Positions 20,613 to 29,917 of a stretch of 56,681 bases of DNA are shown here, piece by piece; positions within the stretch are counted from its first letter, which is position 1; each line of letters opens with the position of its first letter. Where the stretch lies: assembly GCA_964350795.1 (NCBI GenBank), contig CAYGLI010000004.1, positions 1-56,681 on the forward strand, written 5' to 3'. The stretch is from an uncultured Micavibrio sp. (GTDB lineage: Bacteria > Pseudomonadota > Alphaproteobacteria > Micavibrionales > UBA1664). Under the pieces are notes generated by a model. That model was not told where the DNA came from. It searched no databases and worked only from the letters and a program-made list of their open reading frames with translations. The position numbers were made by a program, and so were the translations under genes.

Positions 20613-21152
20613 ATGGCCCGTCCACGCAAAAGATCAGATGACGTTATAATCGTCAAAAAATATGCCAATCGTCGTTTATATGACACAGGCAAGAGCAGCT
20701 ATGTCACACTTGAGGACTTGGCTGAAATGGTACGTGAAGGATTGGATTTCAAAGTCATTGATGCAAAAACAGAAAAGGATTTGACCCAATCTGTATTAAC
20801 ACAAATCATTGTTGAACAAGAAGGAAAAGAAGGCGGTGCAAATTTGTTGCCTCAAAATTTCCTTAAAGAAATTATCAAGTTTTATGGTGGAAATATGGAG
20901 GCATTTGTACCAACCTATTTAGAACAAGCCATGCAAAATTTTGTTCAATCTCAAGAACAAATGCAGGAACAAATGAAACAATCATTCGGTTCCATGATGC
21001 CCACAGGCGCAATGAACACCATGTCATCACCAGAACAAATTCAAGAAATGGCGCAAAAAAATATGGAGATCATGCAAAAAACAATGGATTTGTTCACGGC
21101 TTTTGGAAGTGGCTTTTATTCGGATATATATGATTATATTTTTAACTTCTAA
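20613..21152 (+). CDS. phaR: Polyhydroxyalkanoate synthesis repressor PhaR
   Basis: The N-terminus IIVKKYANRRLYDTGKSSYVTLEDLAEMVREG is the PhaR signature. AGGAGAA RBS. Confidence 0.9.
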   Translation: MARPRKRSDDVIIVKKYANRRLYDTGKSSYVTLEDLAEMVREGLDFKVIDAKTEKDLTQSVLTQIIVEQEGKEGGANLLPQNFLKEIIKFYGGNMEAFVPTYLEQAMQNFVQSQEQMQEQMKQSFGSMMPTGAMNTMSSPEQIQEMAQKNMEIMQKTMDLFTAFGSGFYSDIYDYIFNF

Positions 21153-23797
21153 AATTTTTGTTCGATTGAGCCTATCAACCGATCGCGCATATCGATGGCT
21201 AACTTGAAAGTATCCATGTCCGCCTCGTGTGCGAGGGCATAAAACATTCCGTCTTCGGCAAAGAATAAAATTGACGCCGCGCTTCCGTTGGCATTCTCAT
21301 CAACACAGGCAATATCGGCGGATTTTACAACCAATCCATTTATCGTATCAACGGTGTTTAAATTTTGGTCAAAACTTCCCTGACAACGGCTAGCCGTTTT
21401 TTGGATATAGTTTTGAACAGAGTTGTTAAAGGCGGAAACATCACTCAATCGGCTTTGCTCTCCACTTCCATACACCATACCCGTATCCCATTTAAATGCT
21501 GCGAAATCTGGGCCTGAAACACTATCGACACGGTCAATTGACGCCATTAATGGAATTTTTGATTTCATCACCAATTGCCTAATTTCATCGCCCGATAAGG
21601 CCATCATTCTTGAGGCAGGCATGGAATTAACTTGTTCTGGTATAATCGGCATAGATTTTGTCGCCATAAGATTGATTGCGCTCGTATCATCCTGATTATT
21701 TGTTCCACCAATTTTATTGCGTAATTGTGATGTTTGAACAGTTCGATCAAGTGGCTTTGAGATCCGCCCTGCTTGGTCAACATCACTCACAATAATTTTG
21801 TTTTCTGGCATGGCATCGGCCTCAGCGATTGGCTCTTGCGACCTTTCTTGCTGGCGTTTCGCCATCATATCTGATCGTAATAAATTATTTTGCGCTTCTA
21901 ATGCGGCCAATTCAGACCTTAGCGTTTTAGCCTCCAACTCTTCTTGAATAGCCTCAGGCGTATCATTGGCCAATTTCGCGATTTTGGCCTCTGCCAATTG
22001 GCGTTGCACAAGCATCGTTTCGGCATCAATCACCGCCATGCGTTTTTGTAGTTTTTGTTTTTCAGCTTGTGTTTCCTGAAGCTTTTTCTGTGTTTCCGAA
22101 AGTTGCAAAGACAATCGATTAAGACCGTCTGAACCTGCATCTATATTTGCAACATCAATATCACCCGAGGTTTTAGCGAATTCCAATTGACGCATTAGCT
22201 CTGCTTTTTCTTTTTCCAAACGGCGGACATCTGCAACTAAATTTCCTTCGTTGCTCGAAACACTTTGAATTTCATCGGTCACATTACCCATTTCACGAAT
22301 ACGACGACGCTCCGTTTGCAATAAGCGACGATATTCATCGCGCTCCGCCTTATATGATTGACCCTCGGCTTCCACTTCCGCCAATTGCATTGCCATTTCC
22401 GAATCCGCCATTGTGGTGTTACCTGTCATAACAGGCACCTCCTTGATGACCTCCTTAATGACGGGAACTTCAACTTCTCTGACAACCTCTTTAATAATAA
22501 CTTCTGGCTCTGCCTTGTTTGACGCCATGGATTGAATACGGTTATTTTCAGATTTCAAACCACTGATTTCTTGCTCTAATGTTGAAATCATGGATTGCAT
22601 TTTTTGATTTTGCGCCAATATTTCAGGTGAATTAACCGGCACTTCCTTAACAATCTCAACTTCCCTGATGATTGTTTCAGGTGTCGTCTTTTGACCGACC
22701 TCGATTTGCAAGCTGTCACGTTGCGCCATTAAGGTTGTTAATTCTGCCTGCAAATTAGACAATGATCGTTTTAATTCTGCATTTTCACGCGCGATCTCTG
22801 GTGAAAACACTGGCACCTCAACCTCTTTAATAACTTCCACTTCTTTTATAACCTCAACAGGAACGCTTGGCACCTCAACGGTTCTAACAACCTCGATCTC
22901 TCTTGTAATAACTTGTGGTTCTTGGTTTTGTGCGATTAATAAATTTTGTTTTAAATCATTATTTTGCGCTATCAATTCCGCAATCTGTGCGTTTTTCTCA
23001 CGAATTGCGGCATCCATATTGGGGTTAATGGATTGCTTGCTTTGTTCAACAGATTTTTCCAGTTCCGCAATACGCAACTGAGCCGAAGATAATTTTGCCT
23101 GTAACTCTAAATTCTTATTATCAATAATGGTCGAGACAGGCTGGCGAACCTGTTTATTTCGTTCGGTTAACAATTGTGTTAAACGTCTGTTTTCCGATAG
23201 CAATTCATCGATTTGATTATTTTGTTCCGCCATCACCTTCGGCTGTTGGGGTGGGATGATCGTTTTTGTTGGCACGGCAACTGTTTGTGACTGCACTGGA
23301 ACGCTCTTTGGTTGAGCCATAACTGTTGGCGTCACACCCAAACATTCGCGAACGCTTGCAAAACCACCTTGTGTTCCACTTAAATCAACATCAAACATTT
23401 CATTATCAATTTTAACACTCATAATCGACGCCGAGGCCAACGCATCAAATAATAATTTATCTTGTCCAACCCGCATGATGACAATATTGTTGGCCGCGGG
23501 CTTGACCGAATATTCACGAATAACGCCACTCACGTTGATTTGAATTGGATATCCGCGTGTTATATCAAAGCTGTTTCTTGAAAAATCAAGCGCAAGCGTT
23601 CCCTCATCGTTTGCATTTTTCGCAATGGTTAGGGAGATATTATTTTCGTATTGGCGTTTAAGCGTACAATATGGGTTGTCACCCCCAACCTTATTCGTTG
23701 CCCAACCGCTGACACCCACTAACGTTCGCGCATCAACAATTGATGACGACACCATCAACACCGCAAAAGAAGATAAACCAAGAATATTTAATTTCAT
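21149..23797 (-). CDS. Secreted 882-aa coiled-coil protein with E/V-rich repeat modules (function unknown)
   Basis: Signal peptide MKLNILGLSSFAVLMVSSSIVDA. The N-domain (W32...C44...EC152LG) is paralogous to that of the upstream 499-aa protein. It has ~550 aa of heptad-like coiled coil, three EV.V.KEVPV modules, and a Cys-containing C-terminal globular domain. Confidence 0.6.
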   Translation of the reverse strand: MKLNILGLSSFAVLMVSSSIVDARTLVGVSGWATNKVGGDNPYCTLKRQYENNISLTIAKNANDEGTLALDFSRNSFDITRGYPIQINVSGVIREYSVKPAANNIVIMRVGQDKLLFDALASASIMSVKIDNEMFDVDLSGTQGGFASVRECLGVTPTVMAQPKSVPVQSQTVAVPTKTIIPPQQPKVMAEQNNQIDELLSENRRLTQLLTERNKQVRQPVSTIIDNKNLELQAKLSSAQLRIAELEKSVEQSKQSINPNMDAAIREKNAQIAELIAQNNDLKQNLLIAQNQEPQVITREIEVVRTVEVPSVPVEVIKEVEVIKEVEVPVFSPEIARENAELKRSLSNLQAELTTLMAQRDSLQIEVGQKTTPETIIREVEIVKEVPVNSPEILAQNQKMQSMISTLEQEISGLKSENNRIQSMASNKAEPEVIIKEVVREVEVPVIKEVIKEVPVMTGNTTMADSEMAMQLAEVEAEGQSYKAERDEYRRLLQTERRRIREMGNVTDEIQSVSSNEGNLVADVRRLEKEKAELMRQLEFAKTSGDIDVANIDAGSDGLNRLSLQLSETQKKLQETQAEKQKLQKRMAVIDAETMLVQRQLAEAKIAKLANDTPEAIQEELEAKTLRSELAALEAQNNLLRSDMMAKRQQERSQEPIAEADAMPENKIIVSDVDQAGRISKPLDRTVQTSQLRNKIGGTNNQDDTSAINLMATKSMPIIPEQVNSMPASRMMALSGDEIRQLVMKSKIPLMASIDRVDSVSGPDFAAFKWDTGMVYGSGEQSRLSDVSAFNNSVQNYIQKTASRCQGSFDQNLNTVDTINGLVVKSADIACVDENANGSAASILFFAEDGMFYALAHEADMDTFKLAIDMRDRLIGSIEQKF

Positions 23798-23888
23798 TAT
23801 ATAGACTGCCTTTTGAACATAAGAATCATATTGTCATGTTAAAGGTCTTTTGCGCTTGGGGCAAAACTTTTTTTCTTGAGGTCGCGCT

Positions 23889-25388
23889 CTATGATTGCCC
23901 CATCGTGACAATCAATGTTTTCTTACCTGTGTCGGGGTCAACATTCAATGTTGCGACGGGTCTAATATCTTGGCCTTTGAATTGCTCAATTAATGCGGCA
24001 ACTGCTCCATTATAATCTGTCATTGTTTTGATCGATTGTTTAATCAAAAATTGTTGGTCTGCATTCCATACGAAATCAATATTTTCTTTCGCACTCCATC
24101 TTTGTAAAACCTTACGCAAATTTGTTCCCTGCAATGCGCGCCACTTAATTTCATTGACTGGCTCTTTTGGCATGGCTGCCGTTTTATTATCCTCATTCGT
24201 GACCAAGGTCGAAGCCTCAGCAATTTTCACAACATCTCCGTCTTCGGTCGAAATCATGGCGGATGGCATATTTTGGGGAATCGTTTCTTTTAACAAACGA
24301 TTGACCGCAATATCCAATGGCCCATATATGGTGAAATTTTTAGTAATTTGAGGGTCATTCACCAACTCAATATTTGGTTTAACCCCTGCTTGTCTTGCCC
24401 ATGTGGAAAGAACAGATGATAATTTGTCACCTTTTTGCGCGACCCATGTTGTCATTTGCAATTGGATATTATCTTTTTTCTCTGTCTCAGTGATTGTTTT
24501 GGTTTCATCGCTCAATGAAATACGGATATTATTTTCTGCAATTAAAAGCTCATAACCAATCGGGTCTAGGGCATCCTGCAATGTTTCAAACCAAACGGCA
24601 TTCGATTCCCATGAAATTGGTTTCATCGCGTCAATTTGCCTATCTAATTTAAAGGTATAATCCGATGGCACAATCATCGGCAACGCCATGACTAGCGGAA
24701 TATTTTCACCTGATTCACGTGTGTTTGATAAATCAATATCACCCTCATAATCGTTCAAATCTTGTGCCATGACCAAATCAACTGGCTCGGCGGGCATCTC
24801 TGGTGTGTCTGCATCCTTTGATTTCAGGATGTGATCTTCAACATTGGCGGTAAGCATAACAAATGGTTCATTCACAACCTTGAGCGTTTGCAAACCATCC
24901 GCGCCCTGACATTCCAATAATTTTGCGTATGCATCCACAAAAACACTCGATGAAAAATAATAATCCTCGGTGCCAATGCGTAATCGATATATCCCCAAAT
25001 CAATAATTTTTTGTGCTACAGCAGGAACAGTGAGCAAACTGGCGTCAATTTGCCCATCAACAGAGCGTGATTGTAAGCCATAGGAATTTTGATCCAGCCC
25101 CAAACCTAAAAACCCTTTCACACGTCCACCCTGAAGATCGCGAACGCGTAAGGCCGATAATTTACCTTGTTTTCCCTTAAATGTAATTTCAAGGCCATTG
25201 GTATAATTGGCGCGCATGATGCATTCACCTGTTGGTGTGCCGTTATCCCGAGTAAATTCTTCAATCACCCATGGTGATTGGATTTGCGCAACGGATGTTT
25301 GCGGCTGAACAACATCAACCGCCATGGCGGTTTGGCCATAAATGACCAAAACAATATAGGCACTGACAACACCAAGTAAAATTCGCAT
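23889..25388 (-). CDS. Secreted 499-aa protein with duplicated TcpQ/STN-like C-terminal modules (function unknown)
   Basis: Signal peptide ...VIYGQTAMA and N-domain W40...C56...EC160QG. Two ~55-aa modules, W.A..G..L..VL..W[AS]....[VI]...AV..L, fall at residues ~314-368 and ~415-470 (nt 24285-24449 and 23979-24146). Confidence 0.6.
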   Translation of the reverse strand: MRILLGVVSAYIVLVIYGQTAMAVDVVQPQTSVAQIQSPWVIEEFTRDNGTPTGECIMRANYTNGLEITFKGKQGKLSALRVRDLQGGRVKGFLGLGLDQNSYGLQSRSVDGQIDASLLTVPAVAQKIIDLGIYRLRIGTEDYYFSSSVFVDAYAKLLECQGADGLQTLKVVNEPFVMLTANVEDHILKSKDADTPEMPAEPVDLVMAQDLNDYEGDIDLSNTRESGENIPLVMALPMIVPSDYTFKLDRQIDAMKPISWESNAVWFETLQDALDPIGYELLIAENNIRISLSDETKTITETEKKDNIQLQMTTWVAQKGDKLSSVLSTWARQAGVKPNIELVNDPQITKNFTIYGPLDIAVNRLLKETIPQNMPSAMISTEDGDVVKIAEASTLVTNEDNKTAAMPKEPVNEIKWRALQGTNLRKVLQRWSAKENIDFVWNADQQFLIKQSIKTMTDYNGAVAALIEQFKGQDIRPVATLNVDPDTGKKTLIVTMGQS

Positions 25389-25424
25389 GATTTCTTTATA
25401 GAACGTCCATAATAATTCGCAACA

Positions 25425-26538
25425 TTATTCTTCTGTTTCTCCACCTAGTCTGTGGGCAAGTGCACCCTCTAAAAACATATCAATGTCTCCATTTAAAACC
25501 TTATCCGATTGATTGGTTTCAATATTTGTCCGTAAATCCTTGATCATCTGATAGGGCGCAAGCACGTATGACCGAATTTGATGCCCCCACCCGATATCGG
25601 TTTTTTCACCATGCGCCTCGGACTTTGCGTCTTCGCGTTTTTGAATTTCCAACTCGTATAATTTTGCCTTGAGCATCCCCATCGCAAAATCTTTGTTTTG
25701 ATGCTGTGATCGTTGGTTTTGACACGCAACAACAACGCCCGTTGGAATGTGTGTAATACGCACCGCGGAATCCGTTGTGTTCACATGCTGTCCCCCTGCT
25801 CCGCTAGATCGATAAGTATCAATTTTCAGGTCTTTTTCTTCGATCAAAATATCAATTGTATCGTCAATCACAGGCGACACACCCACGGAAGCAAACGACG
25901 TATGACGACGTCCCGCCGAATCAAATGGCGATATCCGCACAAGGCGATGCACACCGTTCTCACCCTTGAGCCAGCCATAGGCATTATGCCCTTTTATTTG
26001 AATGGTCGCTGATTTAATACCGGCCTCTTCGCCATCACTTTGATCCAACAATTCAATTTTGTATCCTTTTGAATCCGCCCACCGCGTATACATGCGTAGC
26101 AACATATTTGCCCAATCACACGCCTCTGTTCCTCCTGCCCCTGAATTCACCTCTAGAAACGCATCGTTTCTGTCCGCCTCACCCGACAGCAAACTCTCAA
26201 GTTCCATCCGTGCGGATTTTTCTTTTAATTGGGATAATTCAGATTCGGCATCCGCGACGATAGACTCATCACCCTCTTCCTCGCCCATTTCAATCAGGCC
26301 GACATTGTCATTGAGGGTATTTTCAATCTCAAGCACGCTATCGATATTATTTTGTAATGTCGTGCGTTCCTGCATTAATTTTTGCGCCTTGGCGGCATCA
26401 TTCCACAAATCAGGATCTTCGGTCAGCGCGTTCAGCTCGCTCAATCGTTCAACGGCGTTAGGCCAGTCAAAGATGCCTCCTTAGCAATTTCAAAGATTGC
26501 TGAATTGATTGAACAACTGATTCCGTTTCTGCTTTCAT
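25425..26538 (-). CDS. prfB: Peptide chain release factor 2, requiring a programmed +1 frameshift
   Basis: Frame 0 reads MKAETESVVQSIQQSLKLLRRHL then TGA (26538-26467). A +1 shift at CTT TGA C continues as DWPNAVERLSELNALTEDPDLW... into the 25425-26444 track ORF, which carries the GGQ motif (SGAGGQHVN) and SPF. The total is ~370 aa. Confidence 0.93.
26466..26481 (-). promoter_or_regulatory. RF2 autoregulatory frameshift site
   Basis: The minus strand reads AGG AGG CAT CTT TGA C. An internal SD-like AGGAGG lies 3 nt before the slippery CTT, followed by an in-frame UGA and then C, the same layout as the E. coli prfB site. Confidence 0.9.
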
Positions 26539-26668
26539 GATTAAAATTCATATGATTTTCATGGTGCACAAGTCAAGGATAATTCACTCAACCCTTTACA
26601 AAATGCAGAATCGGACGTAAAAACAATATGTACGAAATTTATGCATGAATTTAAGGAGATAAAATATC

Positions 26669-27583
26669 ATGACTTTTATAAAATCATTATGTGTAGCAAC
26701 CGCGGTTATTGGATTATCCGCTTGTTCATCATTTAGTAGCAATCAAGAAGTTGAAAAATTAGGGATGGTCACGGCCGTTGGCTCACCATTCACATTACAA
26801 TTAACAAGCGAATATCGTGCCTTTTCCGATTTTGAATTGGATAATGAAAAAGATTATGCGGATGCTCTGCATTTCTCTCGCAAGGGTTTGGAAGCCGCCA
26901 AGGGTGTGAATGTCATGCCAGAGCCAGTCCATGATTGGGATATTACAGAGGCGGATGTGATTGAATTATCCGAGGCATACGCCCGCTTGGTTTCTGCATT
27001 TGATCGCGGAGCCCGTGAAGTGTTACCTGGAAAATCAGCCATCGCACAGGCGCGTTACGATTGCTGGATTGAAGAGCAAGAAGAAGTTGCAAATGGTATG
27101 CCATCAACGGTTTCATGTAAAAATGATTTTATGACCGCAATAGCCGAGGTTGAAGCCGCATTACCAGCCGAAATTATGCCAGCACCAATGGCCGCAGAGG
27201 AATTCCCTGCACCAGTGACAATGTTAGGCAATAACGAGCCATTAAATATTGCCGAGGCGATGTACCTTGTGTTCTTTGACTTTGACTCATCTGTTTTAAA
27301 CCCAGAGGGTGTCAGCGTTGTTGAATCCGTTGCAAATGAATTTAAAAATGGTCAAATCAGCGGTATTAATATTATTGGACACACTGATACATCTGGATCT
27401 GCGGCCTATAACGAAAAACTGGCCAGTCGTCGCGCCATGTCCATCAAGGGTGAATTGGTTTCACGTGGTATAGCGGCCGATGTTATTACAACGGGTGGTG
27501 CCGGTGAAAATGACCTTCTTGTTGATACACAAGACGGTATTCGCGAGCCAGCCAACCGTCGTGGTGTGATTACATTTAACTAA
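26669..27583 (+). CDS. OmpA-family lipoprotein
   Basis: Lipobox VIGLSAC. The C-terminal OmpA domain reads FFDFDSS...IIGHTDTSGSAAYNEKLASRRA...NRRGVITF. AAGGAG RBS. Confidence 0.85.
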   Translation: MTFIKSLCVATAVIGLSACSSFSSNQEVEKLGMVTAVGSPFTLQLTSEYRAFSDFELDNEKDYADALHFSRKGLEAAKGVNVMPEPVHDWDITEADVIELSEAYARLVSAFDRGAREVLPGKSAIAQARYDCWIEEQEEVANGMPSTVSCKNDFMTAIAEVEAALPAEIMPAPMAAEEFPAPVTMLGNNEPLNIAEAMYLVFFDFDSSVLNPEGVSVVESVANEFKNGQISGINIIGHTDTSGSAAYNEKLASRRAMSIKGELVSRGIAADVITTGGAGENDLLVDTQDGIREPANRRGVITFN

Positions 27584-27611
27584 TCATACATCGATCCTAT
27601 AAATTTGAACT

Positions 27612-27642
27612 GGGGACATATTGTGATGATATGTCCCTTTTT
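27612..27642 (+). terminator. Rho-independent terminator after the OmpA-family gene
   Basis: gggacata (27613-27620) pairs with tatgtccc (27630-27637), followed by TTTTT. Confidence 0.65.
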
Positions 27643-27668
27643 CTATGGCATTGGTGTAGTGTGAATAA

Positions 27669-29111
27669 ATGGATTTGAGACCTGTTCTATATATTATTGG
27701 TATCTTCTTGTGCATGCTCACGGGGTTCATGACAATTCCATTATTTCTCGATCTTTATTTCCTAAACCCCGAATGGCGTGGATTTGCCCTCTCAATTGGG
27801 TTAAGTGGTTTTTGTGGAGTATTACTTATCCTTGGAAATAAACAAAAAAAAATTGAAATATCAGGTCAACAAGCCTTCTTGCTTACGGGTCTGTCATGGA
27901 TATCGTTATGCCTGTTTTCTGCCTTTCCATTTATTTTTATATTCCCTGAAATGGGGTTCACAAATGCGATGTTTGAGGCTGTATCTGGATTAACTACAAC
28001 CGGCGCAACTGTTTTGACGGGTTTGGATGATATGCCACACGGTATTTTAATATGGCGTTCCCTGTTGCAATGGTTAGGCGGTGTTGGAATTATCGTGATG
28101 GCCATATCCGTTCTACCATTCCTAAAAGTCGGTGGAATGCAATTATTCCGTTTGGAATCATCGGAAAAGGAAAAAACATTACCTCGTGCCACGCAATTGG
28201 CTGCCTATATCATTTATATCTATCTGGGGTTAAGTGTTGCCTGTGCCTTGGCCTATAACGCCGTTGGAATGGATGCGTTTGATTCCATCGCCCACGCGAT
28301 GACAACCATTGCCACGGGTGGATATTCAACCAAGGATGCATCTTTTTCAAATTACGCAACAATTGGGCCTGAGCTAATCGCGATTATTTTCATGATTTTG
28401 GGATGTTTGCCATTTGTGCTTTATATTAAAATGATTGGTGGCGATTGGAAGGCGGTTCCCCGTGATGAACAGGCCATGGGATTTCTAAAAACCGCTCTCC
28501 TCCTCTGTCTTATTATGGTTGGATATCTGACTTACACATTAGACAGCATTTCCGTTAACATTGTTATCGAGGCCGTGTTCACAACAACATCACTTTTGAC
28601 TGGCACAGGATATACCGACACAAATTACATGACATGGGGTGCGTTTGCCGTTGGTTTTTTAATGTTTATCAGCTGTATTGGTGGATGTGCCGGATCCACA
28701 ACATGTGGCATAAAAATATTCCGCTTTCAAATCATGTATGCGGTTGCGCGTAATCAACTTTATCAATTAATCCATCCCAATGGTGTTTTTACGATTGATT
28801 ATAATCGGCAACCATTATCCGTTCAGGTTGCCGCGTCCGTCATGGCCTATTTCTTTATCTTTTGCGTTAGCTTTGTTGTGGTGAGCGTTGCCCTTATGGC
28901 ATGTGGGCTTGACGTTATAACATCCCTATCTGGGGCGGTTGCATCGCTTGCCAATGTTGGCCCTGGGTTGGGTAATATCATTGGACCAACGGGAACATAT
29001 CAAACCTTACCAAACAACGCCAAATGGATTTTGATATCATCCATGATGTTGGGACGTTTAGAGTTTTTTACATTGCTGGTCTTTTTTGTTCCACGATTTT
29101 GGCGACGTTAA
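27669..29111 (+). CDS. trkH: Trk-type potassium uptake protein TrkH
   Basis: 480 aa, polytopic, with repeated selectivity-filter-like motifs (TTTGAT, ATGGYST, LTGTGYT, NVGPGLG). Confidence 0.9.
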   Translation: MDLRPVLYIIGIFLCMLTGFMTIPLFLDLYFLNPEWRGFALSIGLSGFCGVLLILGNKQKKIEISGQQAFLLTGLSWISLCLFSAFPFIFIFPEMGFTNAMFEAVSGLTTTGATVLTGLDDMPHGILIWRSLLQWLGGVGIIVMAISVLPFLKVGGMQLFRLESSEKEKTLPRATQLAAYIIYIYLGLSVACALAYNAVGMDAFDSIAHAMTTIATGGYSTKDASFSNYATIGPELIAIIFMILGCLPFVLYIKMIGGDWKAVPRDEQAMGFLKTALLLCLIMVGYLTYTLDSISVNIVIEAVFTTTSLLTGTGYTDTNYMTWGAFAVGFLMFISCIGGCAGSTTCGIKIFRFQIMYAVARNQLYQLIHPNGVFTIDYNRQPLSVQVAASVMAYFFIFCVSFVVVSVALMACGLDVITSLSGAVASLANVGPGLGNIIGPTGTYQTLPNNAKWILISSMMLGRLEFFTLLVFFVPRFWRR

Positions 29112-29917
29112 TTTTTTAATGGCGTAATTTGAACCGGTTGAACTGATTTTGCTTTTTCGGTTGGCTCTGCTTGATAAGGCTCATTGGTATCTATATTTTC
29201 AAATGTTTCCTGAACTGATGTTCTCATCTCACGAACACCATCACCAACACCCTCGGCAAAATCACCCATTTTTGTTTGCGTTTTAGGAACAAAAGTTTTG
29301 ACGTCGATTGTATGAACAGGAATATTTCGTTTTGAAATTAAATTCATTTGATCTGAAAGCGTTAATATCATTGATTCATCAATATCACGCACCATTTCCT
29401 CTAATGTTCTTTGCAATCTTGCTTCGCGATAGGCCATTGTAACATTTAATGGCATCCGTATTTTACGCACAAATCTTGTTGTTGTTTGGCGATCTGGCAT
29501 ACCCGATAGATAGAGACTTTCAATATCAACGATTATTTCAATCGTATAATCCTCGTTATTCGCCAATGGAATATATGACAGCAATTTATTTTCATTTGGT
29601 GCGTCGGCCTTGGTAATTTGAGCCTTAGTCAACACCACATCTAATAAGCCGTCTGCCGCGGCTGGTTTAAAACGTTGCTCCAAATAACGACGCATGGCAA
29701 CGTCAGGTGGTGTTGGAAGCGTGCTTGCAATATCCCACGCCTGTGCTCCGCGTTGTGTTTTTGATGAAAACTCAATTCTTTTAACGTTAACTGGAATCTT
29801 TGTCAGATGTTCATAGGTTAATTGAGGCAATGGCGTTGCCTGTTGCACAGGTGATGCTGTACAGGCAGATAGAGTTAAAAGTGAAAGAGATGTTAGAGTG
29901 AGATATTTAAATTTCAT
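29108..29917 (-). CDS. Hypothetical lipoprotein
   Basis: 269 aa with lipobox LLTLSAC. It overlaps hslO by 4 nt (same operon) and overlaps the trkH stop convergently. Confidence 0.5.
   Translation of the reverse strand: MKFKYLTLTSLSLLTLSACTASPVQQATPLPQLTYEHLTKIPVNVKRIEFSSKTQRGAQAWDIASTLPTPPDVAMRRYLEQRFKPAAADGLLDVVLTKAQITKADAPNENKLLSYIPLANNEDYTIEIIVDIESLYLSGMPDRQTTTRFVRKIRMPLNVTMAYREARLQRTLEEMVRDIDESMILTLSDQMNLISKRNIPVHTIDVKTFVPKTQTKMGDFAEGVGDGVREMRTSVQETFENIDTNEPYQAEPTEKAKSVQPVQITPLKN

Noticed and set aside
26059-26484. A 141-aa plus-strand ORF opposite prfB
   Set aside because: It lies antisense to RF2. Its apparent length is a by-product of the codon bias of prfB.
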